Shown: positions 1 to 6,820 of the stretch, piece by piece
Layout: each line of letters starts with the position of its first letter
Numbering within the stretch: the first letter of the stretch is position 1
Virus record (IMG/VR): IMGVR_UViG_3300005804_000005
Span: 1 to 25,233 of that record
Strand: one strand, 5' to 3'
DNA: 25,233 nucleotides
DNA from: a virus
Lineage: Duplodnaviria > Caudoviricetes
Made by a program: the position numbers and the translations under genes
Notes under the pieces: model-generated
What the model was told of the DNA's origin: nothing
Databases searched by the model: none
What the model saw: only the letters and a program-made list of their open reading frames with translations

Positions 1-4
1 CACC

Positions 5-865
5 ATGGAATGGTTCCGCTCCTACGTCGGGACGACAACAGACCCGAAGTTCCGCGTTGTGGCCAAGAAGTCCGGTGTTCGGATCGGGGACGTTTTGGCC
101 ATCTGGCAAATGCTCCTGGAGCGGGCTTGCGGCGCAGATGAGCGGGGCCGCGTTGACGGATTTGACTGCGAAGGCGCGGACGCACTTCTGGACCTTGAAG
201 AGGGGCAGGCTTGCGCTGTTTACGCGGCCATGGAGGCCAAAGGACTTGTCCAGGCCGGACATATCGCGGCGTGGGACAAACGCCAGCCGAAGCGCGAACG
301 CGAAGACGACAGCGCGGCCCGGGTGAAGGCTCACCGGGAGAGAAAAAAGCAATCCGGTAACGCCACTTGCGACAATGTAACGCCATGTAACGCCACGCAA
401 CGCCAGGAAACACCTAGAGGAGAGGAGATAAGAGAAGAAGAGAATACAAAGACACCCCCTATACCCCCCTCGGACGGGGTGGGGGGGGATTATGATTTCC
501 CAGACTCTTCCCAGGAGCCAGACGACGCCTTCGACCCATCGGACATGCCCTCAATCGACTTCGAGCAATTTTTCGACGCCTTCCCGAAGCAGGTGGACAA
601 GATCAAGGCCTGGAACGCGTGGCGCAAGCTCGGACGCGCCCGGCCGGGCCTGGACTTTCTCCTCGTCGCCATCGACGCGCAGTCCCAAAGCGACCAGTGG
701 ACCCGAGACCATGGGCGGTACATCCCCTCCCCGGCCAAGTGGCTGCAAGAGCGAAAATGGCTCGACAAGCTCTCGCCGGCCCCCACGTCTCCAGCCACAG
801 GTCAGACTTCGGACGCCGATTGGATGCGATTCGCCGGAAGCTGCGTAAAACAGGAGGCCTCATGA
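5..865 (+). CDS. Phage replication initiation protein (replisome organiser / lambda O-like), 286 aa
   Basis: N-terminal MEWFRSY..., central low-complexity linker carrying DNA repeats, C-terminal FEQFFDAFPKQVDKIKAWNAW...YIPSPAKWLQERKW motif typical of phage initiators. Confidence 0.8.
   Translation: MEWFRSYVGTTTDPKFRVVAKKSGVRIGDVLAIWQMLLERACGADERGRVDGFDCEGADALLDLEEGQACAVYAAMEAKGLVQAGHIAAWDKRQPKREREDDSAARVKAHRERKKQSGNATCDNVTPCNATQRQETPRGEEIREEENTKTPPIPPSDGVGGDYDFPDSSQEPDDAFDPSDMPSIDFEQFFDAFPKQVDKIKAWNAWRKLGRARPGLDFLLVAIDAQSQSDQWTRDHGRYIPSPAKWLQERKWLDKLSPAPTSPATGQTSDADWMRFAGSCVKQEAS
357..488 (+). promoter_or_regulatory. Putative phage replication origin inside the initiator gene
   Basis: AACGCCA at 359, 379, 389 and 399 (10-bp phase), then a purine-rich tract (~415-452) and an imperfect C-rich/G-rich inverted repeat (~455-488). 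Same layout as lambdoid origins within the O gene. Confidence 0.6.
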
Positions 866-1383
866 ACAAAGCGACGTTTGAGAGCATGCTTGGAAAAATA
901 CTGGCCATGTTCGGCAGGAATCCAAGCCAGGCCATGAACGGCGTTTGCTGGGACGTCTGTGCCGATCTACCTGACGTCTTCGCCGATTTTGCCGTCGATC
1001 AGGCGCGAGACCTGGACAAAATGCCCGGGAATCTCTCCAAGTTCCTGCGCGATTCCTGGTTTCGCTGGCGTGAGGCCCATCCGTCCATGGCCGCCAGGGA
1101 GCAGGAGTTTGGCTGCTCGGCTTGCAGCCGAGGCGTGATCCACTACGTTCGCCAGCGTCCCGGGTGCGGCTGGATGCCAGAGGCGGCGATTTGCGGGCAC
1201 TGCCGCAAGGGCGGCCTGACCTACGGCGTTATCAGGCAGGCCGGCGGCGAGGTCGTCCCGCCGGGCGAAGCCCTGAAGGTTTGCGCGGCGAGGAACGTGG
1301 TTGTCCCAGCCGGCAGGGGGCAAGACTTTGTCGCCACCGTCCAGGGTATGCAGGCACAGCCGATGGCCAAGAGGCCGCAATGA
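862..1383 (+). CDS. Hypothetical Zn-binding protein coupled to the initiator (possible helicase loader or replication accessory), 173 aa
   Basis: RBS CAGGAGG and ATGA overlap with the initiator stop at 862-865. Two CxxC pairs (CSAC, CGHC). Function inferred only from position. Confidence 0.65.
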   Translation: MNKATFESMLGKILAMFGRNPSQAMNGVCWDVCADLPDVFADFAVDQARDLDKMPGNLSKFLRDSWFRWREAHPSMAAREQEFGCSACSRGVIHYVRQRPGCGWMPEAAICGHCRKGGLTYGVIRQAGGEVVPPGEALKVCAARNVVVPAGRGQDFVATVQGMQAQPMAKRPQ

Positions 1384-1559
1384 CCACCACCCCCAAGCCC
1401 TGCGACGAGATCAATGGCCTGCGCTGCGCCCATGGCGGCTTCTGCTGGGGCAAGCACTACTTCGGCGGCAAGGTCCAGAAGACACCGCTCCAGGAAGTCC
1501 GCGTGTGCGAGTGGCACGACGTCGTGCTGGAACGGCATCGGCGGGAGGGGTCCGCCTGA
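1380..1559 (+). CDS. Small Cys/His-rich hypothetical protein, 59 aa (MTTTPKPC...)
   Basis: ATGA overlap with the previous stop, GAGG upstream, and its stop overlaps the next start (TGATG). Confidence 0.6.
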   Translation: MTTTPKPCDEINGLRCAHGGFCWGKHYFGGKVQKTPLQEVRVCEWHDVVLERHRREGSA

Positions 1560-1792
1560 TGCAGCGCCTCGACCTCATAGCTGCCTACGCTATCGCCCGC
1601 GACGTGCCAGAAGCCGAAGCCCGGCAGGCCGTGGACACGGTTACCGGGCTTATCAGGCTGGCCCTGGAGCGCGGCAACGGGGTGAGGATTCGCAGTTTTG
1701 GGGAGTTCGTGCAGGCGAAAGGCGGCGTGAGGTTTTACCAAGGTTTTCAAGTCAAGGAGAAGCAGGATGAGAAAAGCAGCCCGACGCGATGA
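1559..1792 (+). CDS. HU/IHF-like protein lacking the DNA-binding arm, 77 aa
   Basis: MQRLDLIAAYA...EARQAVDTVTGLIRLALERGNGVRIRSFGEF...VRFYQG matches the HU helices, the V.I.GFG.F motif and the C-terminal F.PG strand. RBS GGAGG and TGATG overlap. Confidence 0.7.
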   Translation: MQRLDLIAAYAIARDVPEAEARQAVDTVTGLIRLALERGNGVRIRSFGEFVQAKGGVRFYQGFQVKEKQDEKSSPTR

Positions 1793-2066
1793 CAACCACG
1801 CCGAGATCGTCCAGGCCCTGCGACAGATCGGATGCACTGTCCAAGACCTTGCCGCTGTCGGAGACGGGTGCCCTGACATCCTCGTCGGGTTCCGTGGCCG
1901 GAACTTGTGCCTGGAGATCAAGGACGGGGCCAAACCGCCCAGCGCCCGCAAACTCACCCCTGAGCAATGCGTGTGGCATCAGGACTGGCGGGGCCAGGTC
2001 GTCGTGATCGAGAGCGTGGACCAGGCTGTGAAGGCCGTTACCCAGGCCCAAACGCTCCGCGCTTAG
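1767..2066 (+). CDS. VRR-NUC family (PD-(D/E)xK) nuclease, putative Holliday junction resolvase, 99 aa
   Basis: RRDDNHAEIVQALR, GCPDILVG, LEIKDG and LTPEQ motifs. Confidence 0.85.
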   Translation: MRKAARRDDNHAEIVQALRQIGCTVQDLAAVGDGCPDILVGFRGRNLCLEIKDGAKPPSARKLTPEQCVWHQDWRGQVVVIESVDQAVKAVTQAQTLRA

Positions 2067-2084
2067 AAAAAGGGGGGAAATGAC

Positions 2085-2291
2085 GTGGGTGACTTGCTGA
2101 TCAAAGGGGCGGAGGCCATCGCCCGGGCTATTGGGGAAAGCCGCAACTCAATCCCAGACCTTGTCGAGAACGAGGGTCTTCCAGCCTGGCGCACTGGCGG
2201 ACGTGGACCATGGAAGGCCAGGCCGGAATCTTTGGATCACTGGCTGGCTGTCCAGGAGAAAAAACATTCCAAGCCGAAACCCTGTCAATAG
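2085..2291 (+). CDS. Small winged-HTH (excisionase/MerR-like) DNA-binding protein, 68 aa
   Basis: LIKGAEAIARAIG...LVENEGLPAWR...W.ARPESLDHWL pattern, GTG start after a G-rich RBS, last gene before the lysis/late region. Confidence 0.65.
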   Translation: MGDLLIKGAEAIARAIGESRNSIPDLVENEGLPAWRTGGRGPWKARPESLDHWLAVQEKKHSKPKPCQ

Positions 2292-2294
2292 GCC

Positions 2295-2330
2295 AAAACT
2301 GCTTATTTCGGCGCAAAAACTGCCCATTTC
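2295..2330 (+). promoter_or_regulatory. Direct repeat in the early/late intergenic region, candidate regulator binding sites
   Basis: AAAACTGCTTATTTC (2295-2309) and AAAACTGCCCATTTC (2316-2330): 13/15 identical, 21-bp period, in the ~108-bp gap before the late genes. Confidence 0.45.
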
Positions 2331-2399
2331 TGCATTCGCCCAATACGTGGGTTTAGCTTCGGCCCATTCACCCGGCCAGTCCGGGGCACAGGGGGCCGA

Positions 2400-2879
2400 A
2401 TGGGACTGTCAGCCGAGATCGAACAAGCCATAGGCGAGGCCGCCGAGGCCGCCAACCTGCCCGTCAATCTCGTGCGGGCCGTCGTCATCACCGAGTCCGG
2501 CGGCAACCCCGCAGCCATCCGCTACGAGCCCGCATTTTACACCCGCTACATCCAGGGCAAGCCGCTCTCCTACGTCCCGGCAGGATGCTCCCGTGACACC
2601 GAGGGCATCGGCCGGGCCCACTCCTGGGGCCTCATGCAGATCATGGGCGAGACGGCCCGCTGCGTCGGCTTTCGGGGCTGGTTCCCCGATCTCTGCACCC
2701 CGGCCGTGGGCCTGCAATGGGCCTGCGCCTACCTGCGCCGGCTGGCCGACAAGTATCTGGAAAACGACGATTGGGATGTGGTGCTTCGGGCCTACAACGG
2801 CGGGCCGGGGAATCGGCACAACACGGCCAACACATACCCGGCCAAGGTCAGGGCCAATGCGGGGAGCCGAACATGGTAG
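2400..2879 (+). CDS. Endolysin, soluble lytic transglycosylase (SLT/GH23) family, 159 aa
   Basis: Catalytic ITESGG, GLMQIM and AYNGG motifs. Confidence 0.92.
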   Translation: MGLSAEIEQAIGEAAEAANLPVNLVRAVVITESGGNPAAIRYEPAFYTRYIQGKPLSYVPAGCSRDTEGIGRAHSWGLMQIMGETARCVGFRGWFPDLCTPAVGLQWACAYLRRLADKYLENDDWDVVLRAYNGGPGNRHNTANTYPAKVRANAGSRTW

Positions 2880-3175
2880 ACCTCGCCACGCTGGTCAAAG
2901 GCGCGGCCAAGTCGCGCACCCTGTATGCCGTCGCCGGCCTGCTCGGCATCAACCTCGCGGACCCGTCCGGCCTGGACATCCGCCTATGGATCAACGGCCA
3001 CATTTTCGATTTGGGCAACCTCTCGCCCATCATTTCCATAGGCCTAGCCGCTCTGGCGACCTGGGGACGGCTTAATGCAGCCGGGCCGCTGGTGGTCGAT
3101 AAATCCGTTCGTTTGTCCATGTGCGCCAACCCCGGGGCCGGAACATCCTCCGCCGGCCCTGAGGTTGGTTGCTGA
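2873..3175 (+). CDS. Putative holin / small membrane protein, 100 aa (MVDLATL...)
   Basis: GGGGAG RBS, overlaps the endolysin end, KSRT followed by hydrophobic segments and a WGRL.A..P end typical of small phage holin-like proteins. Confidence 0.6.
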   Translation: MVDLATLVKGAAKSRTLYAVAGLLGINLADPSGLDIRLWINGHIFDLGNLSPIISIGLAALATWGRLNAAGPLVVDKSVRLSMCANPGAGTSSAGPEVGC

Positions 3176-3182
3176 GGTGGCT

Positions 3183-3569
3183 ATGAACCTGTTCGTCCCC
3201 GAGTCCTATCGCCGGGCTACTCCGCTGGAACGGTCGCGCTACTGCAACGGGTGCGGTGGGGCTGCCACTGGCTGGCTCACATGGCTGGTCAACTGGTTCA
3301 TCCCTCAGTCTGTCTGGGGTGTCTGCGTTCGCCCGGCCTGCGACATTCACGACTGGTCCTACGCCCATGCTCTGGGAAAATTTCGCTCCGACCTCATGTT
3401 TCTTTGCAACCTGCTGATCCTGTGCTGGTTCGGCGGTTCGCGCTGGATTTTCTCTCTGCGCGCCTTGCGCTGTCTGACCTACTACCTGGCCGTCACGATA
3501 TTCGGGAGGCGCTTCTACGGGCGAAAAATCACCGACAAGGTCATGAGGCTGTCGCGTGGCCGGGGCTGA
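3183..3569 (+). CDS. Phospholipase A2-like protein (C-x-x-H-D motif), 128 aa
   Basis: GAGGTG RBS, YCNGCG and PACDIHDWSY motifs and a downstream D..FL.NL, resembling the secreted/prokaryotic PLA2 His-Asp active-site fold. Confidence 0.6.
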   Translation: MNLFVPESYRRATPLERSRYCNGCGGAATGWLTWLVNWFIPQSVWGVCVRPACDIHDWSYAHALGKFRSDLMFLCNLLILCWFGGSRWIFSLRALRCLTYYLAVTIFGRRFYGRKITDKVMRLSRGRG

Positions 3570-3855
3570 TTTCGAGGCCCAGGCGCTGGGCATGCTGGTT
3601 GACCTCAAGGGTGAGGTCGGGTCGGTGCGCAGTGAGGTGACCGCCGTGCGCGGCGAGGTCGTGGCCCTCAAGGCCGGGAACGCCGAGCGATGCAGCGTGC
3701 GTGGCGAGACCATCGACGACCATGAGGAGCGCATCCGAAAGCTTGAGCAACAGACTACCTACGGCAAGGGCAAGTTGGCCGGCATCTGCACCGCGTCAGG
3801 GATCGGCGGGGCCGGGCTACTCAAGGTCGCCACGTGGCTGTGGGGAGCGAGGTAG
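3556..3855 (+). CDS. Coiled-coil protein with C-terminal hydrophobic segment, XhlA/holin-like, 99 aa
   Basis: Heptad-like N-terminus, DHEERIRKLE motif, hydrophobic Gly-rich C-terminus, located between the lysis genes and terS. Confidence 0.55.
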   Translation: MAGADFEAQALGMLVDLKGEVGSVRSEVTAVRGEVVALKAGNAERCSVRGETIDDHEERIRKLEQQTTYGKGKLAGICTASGIGGAGLLKVATWLWGAR

Positions 3856-3857
3856 GC

Positions 3858-4385
3858 GTGGCAGGTCTGAACAAAAAGCAGGCGCAGTTCGTGAAGGAAT
3901 ACCTGATCGACCTGAATGCTACGCAAGCCTCAATCCGAGCCGGATATAGCCATAAAACGGCCGAATGGATTGGCCACCAGCTGCTCAAGAAAACTCACGT
4001 TGCTGAAGCCGTCCGTTATGAGATGGAAGCCCGAGCCAAACGCACCGAAATTTCCGCAGATCGCGTTCTGGCCGAATACGCCAAGCTTGCCTTTCTCGAT
4101 CCTCGTCGCTTCTACGACGACGATGGAAACCTCATCCCCGTACATAAACTCCCCGAGGACGTGGCCGCCGCCTTGGCCGGCATGGACGTCATAACTGAGC
4201 GCTTTGGGAAAGACGCCGATGGAAGTGCCGAGTTTGCCACCGTCCGCAAGATCAAGTTTGCGGATAAGAAAGCAGCGCTGGATTCCGTAGCTCGGCATCT
4301 TGGCATGTTTAACGACAAGATTTCGGTAGATGGCAACGTCACCGTGGAGATAGTGCGTTTTGGACAGGGTCAGGATTCCAAATAG
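3858..4385 (+). CDS. terS: Terminase small subunit, ~175 aa
   Basis: LNKKQAQFVKEYLIDLNATQASIRAGYS and KKAALDSVARHLGMF motifs. GTG start with GAGGT RBS. Confidence 0.95.
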   Translation: MAGLNKKQAQFVKEYLIDLNATQASIRAGYSHKTAEWIGHQLLKKTHVAEAVRYEMEARAKRTEISADRVLAEYAKLAFLDPRRFYDDDGNLIPVHKLPEDVAAALAGMDVITERFGKDADGSAEFATVRKIKFADKKAALDSVARHLGMFNDKISVDGNVTVEIVRFGQGQDSK

Positions 4386-5664
4386 CTGGGTTCCAAGGTC
4401 CTATCAGCTTCCGCTGTGGTCCGCCCTGGAGGGCGGCTGCAAGCGGGCTTCCGTCGTTTGGCATCGTCGCGGCGGAAAGGACTCCCTGTCCCTCAACTGG
4501 ACGGCCGTGGCTGCTCATGAGCGCGTCGGCGTCTACTGGCACATGCTCCCGACGCAGAAGCAGGCTCGCAAGGTCGTGTGGGACGGCATCGACAAGAATG
4601 GCCGGCGCATCATCGACCAGGTCTTTCCCGAGTCCATCCGGGCCGGCTCAAACGCCACGGAAATGAAGATCGAGCTCAAGTGCGGCTCAATCTGGCAGCT
4701 GTGCGGTTCGGACAACTACAACGCCCTGGTCGGCGGCAACCCTGTTGGGGTCGTCTTCTCCGAATGGTCCCTGGCTGACCCTGTCGCTTGGGATTTCATC
4801 CGCCCGATCCTGGCCGAGAACGGCGGATGGGCCATGTTCATCTTCACGCCGCGCGGCCGGAACCATGGGTGGACGCTCCACAACCTGGCAACCGCAGACC
4901 CCAAGTGGTTCGCGCAAATTCTCTCCGTCGAAGACACCGGCGCAATTCCCCTTGAAGCTGTCGAGGATGAGCGCAAGGCGGGGATGTCTGAAGAGATGAT
5001 CAACCAGGAATTCTACTGCTCGTTTGAGGCCCCCATGTTCGGGGCCTATTACGCGCAGCAGATGGCCCTGGTGGACAAAGAGAAGCGCATTTGCCGCATC
5101 CCGGTGGAACAGACCGTCCCCGTGGACACCTATTGGGACTTGGGAATGCGCGACTCCACGGCCATCTGGTTCTTCCAGCAGGTTGGGAACGAGGTCCGGG
5201 CAATCGACTACTACGAGGCCTCGGGCGAGGGTCTGGCCCATTACGTCCAGGTTCTGCAGTCCAAGGGGTACGTCTATGGCGACCATTGGGCTCCTCATGA
5301 CATCCGTGTCCGGGAGCTCGGCTCCGGCAAGTCCAGACTTGAGATGGCCCAAGCCCTTGGCCTGAAGTTCCGCGTTGTGCCCGACATTGGCCTCATGGAT
5401 GGCATCAACGCCGCGCGCGCCGTTCTTCCCAAGGTTTGGTTTGACCAGGATCGATGCTCCAGGGGCGTCGAAATACTGCGTCAGTACCGCAAGGAATGGG
5501 ACGACGAGCACAAGATTTACCGGGACAAGCCTCTTCACGACTGGACCAGCCACGGGGCGGACGCCTTCCGCATGTTCGCGGTTGGGCATCAGGACAGGGC
5601 GCTCAAAGAGCAGTTTTACGGCCAGGGTAACCGGGCCAATAGCGAATATCAGATGTTCTCGTGA
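4360..5664 (+). CDS. terL: Terminase large subunit, 434 aa
   Basis: PRSYQ Q-motif, Walker A HRRGGKD, Walker B VVFSE, FTPRG coupling motif, nuclease WDLG...D and SHGADAFR. Confidence 0.95.
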   Translation: MDRVRIPNSWVPRSYQLPLWSALEGGCKRASVVWHRRGGKDSLSLNWTAVAAHERVGVYWHMLPTQKQARKVVWDGIDKNGRRIIDQVFPESIRAGSNATEMKIELKCGSIWQLCGSDNYNALVGGNPVGVVFSEWSLADPVAWDFIRPILAENGGWAMFIFTPRGRNHGWTLHNLATADPKWFAQILSVEDTGAIPLEAVEDERKAGMSEEMINQEFYCSFEAPMFGAYYAQQMALVDKEKRICRIPVEQTVPVDTYWDLGMRDSTAIWFFQQVGNEVRAIDYYEASGEGLAHYVQVLQSKGYVYGDHWAPHDIRVRELGSGKSRLEMAQALGLKFRVVPDIGLMDGINAARAVLPKVWFDQDRCSRGVEILRQYRKEWDDEHKIYRDKPLHDWTSHGADAFRMFAVGHQDRALKEQFYGQGNRANSEYQMFS

Positions 5665-5672
5665 GGTGCGAA

Positions 5673-6176
5673 ATGGCAGGCGGTACGACAGTCAGCTTTG
5701 GAGGCGGCGGAACTGGAGCCACGGGCATGGTCGGCGGCAATTCGCTTGATCCGCTCTATTATGGCCAGAACCAGGCCAAGGTTTACAGCGATGCTCAAAG
5801 CGACCTTCCGTCAGCCCTGGCGGCCTACCAGGAGCCTGACGGGAGTTTGTCCGGGGACCTTGACCCCGAACTCGTCCAGAAGGCCATGCGCTACATCATG
5901 AACATGCCCCTGGAGAGCCAATATTACGAAACCGCTTTGGACAACAGCACGGCTGGAGGCGGTTCCAAATCAGTCAAGCCCATGAATTACACATCCAGAG
6001 AACAGATGGATTTTGTTGACCAGCACGAGACCGACAAACAAGCCTACGAAACTCTGGTGAAGGACTCCAAGAAGCGATCTTCATCTTCCTCGACGACCAG
6101 TCAAGGAACGTCTGTCCTTTCTGGTGATTCCAGCCTCACATCATTGTACCAAACCCTTCTCGGGGGAGCATCATGA
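5673..6176 (+). CDS. Hypothetical virion-associated protein, 167 aa
   Basis: GAGGTG RBS, fills the terL-to-next-gene gap, Ser-rich tail ending in QTLLGGAS. Confidence 0.65.
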   Translation: MAGGTTVSFGGGGTGATGMVGGNSLDPLYYGQNQAKVYSDAQSDLPSALAAYQEPDGSLSGDLDPELVQKAMRYIMNMPLESQYYETALDNSTAGGGSKSVKPMNYTSREQMDFVDQHETDKQAYETLVKDSKKRSSSSSTTSQGTSVLSGDSSLTSLYQTLLGGAS

Positions 6177-6817
6177 CGTCTGCATCATCGTCACCCTACC
6201 TCTATGAGCAGTCTGACCCGTTTTCTGGGGCAAACACTCAATCGGTAATGCCGGTGGTCGCATCAATGATGTCCAGTCCTCAGACGGCCATGCAAGGCAT
6301 GATGGTGCTGATGGCCGCGCAGCAGCAGGACGCTCAAACAAGCCAATACAACAGCCAGCAGACATACATGGACAGCGCCTCTGCGGCGGCGGCTCAGCAG
6401 CGAGCAGCTGCAGCCAGTGCTGCCAATTCTGCAAACTCGGCGAACGCTCAGCTTGAGGCCCGCCTGAAGGCGGCTCAGGAGGCTTCTGCCAGCGCTGAGG
6501 CTGCTCGAAACAACAAGATCGATCAGATGAAGGCCAACATGGAAGCCTTGTCGCAGAAGCAGGCTGACGAAGCCGCTGCGGCGGCTGACGAGGCGCGCAA
6601 ACAAACCGAACTCCTGGCAGCCCAGGCTGCCGAGGAAGAGAAGTCCGGCAAGGTCTCGGCCATGTATGACACCATGAATTCCACGACCGACGCCAACGCG
6701 GCGGCTGCGGACAAACGCCGCAAGCTTGCCAGCGGGCGTAAGGCGACCATCCTGACCAGCGGCCTTGGCGTTTCGGGTTCGGCCAACGTGGGGCGCAAGA
6801 CGCTCCTGGGGCAGTAA
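6173..6817 (+). CDS. Pre-portal Ala/Gln-rich virion protein (T7 gp7.3-like position), 214 aa
   Basis: Helical Ala-rich body and C-terminal RKATILTSGLG...KTLLGQ, as in proteins encoded just before the portal in BPP-1-like phages. Confidence 0.7.
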   Translation: MTSASSSPYLYEQSDPFSGANTQSVMPVVASMMSSPQTAMQGMMVLMAAQQQDAQTSQYNSQQTYMDSASAAAAQQRAAAASAANSANSANAQLEARLKAAQEASASAEAARNNKIDQMKANMEALSQKQADEAAAAADEARKQTELLAAQAAEEEKSGKVSAMYDTMNSTTDANAAAADKRRKLASGRKATILTSGLGVSGSANVGRKTLLGQ

Positions 6818-6820
6818 GCC

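Noticed and set aside
2260-2288. TTGACA on the minus strand (2283-2288) as an antisense sigma70 promoter
   Set aside because: No acceptable -10 hexamer at the expected spacing (the sequence there reads GTTTTT).
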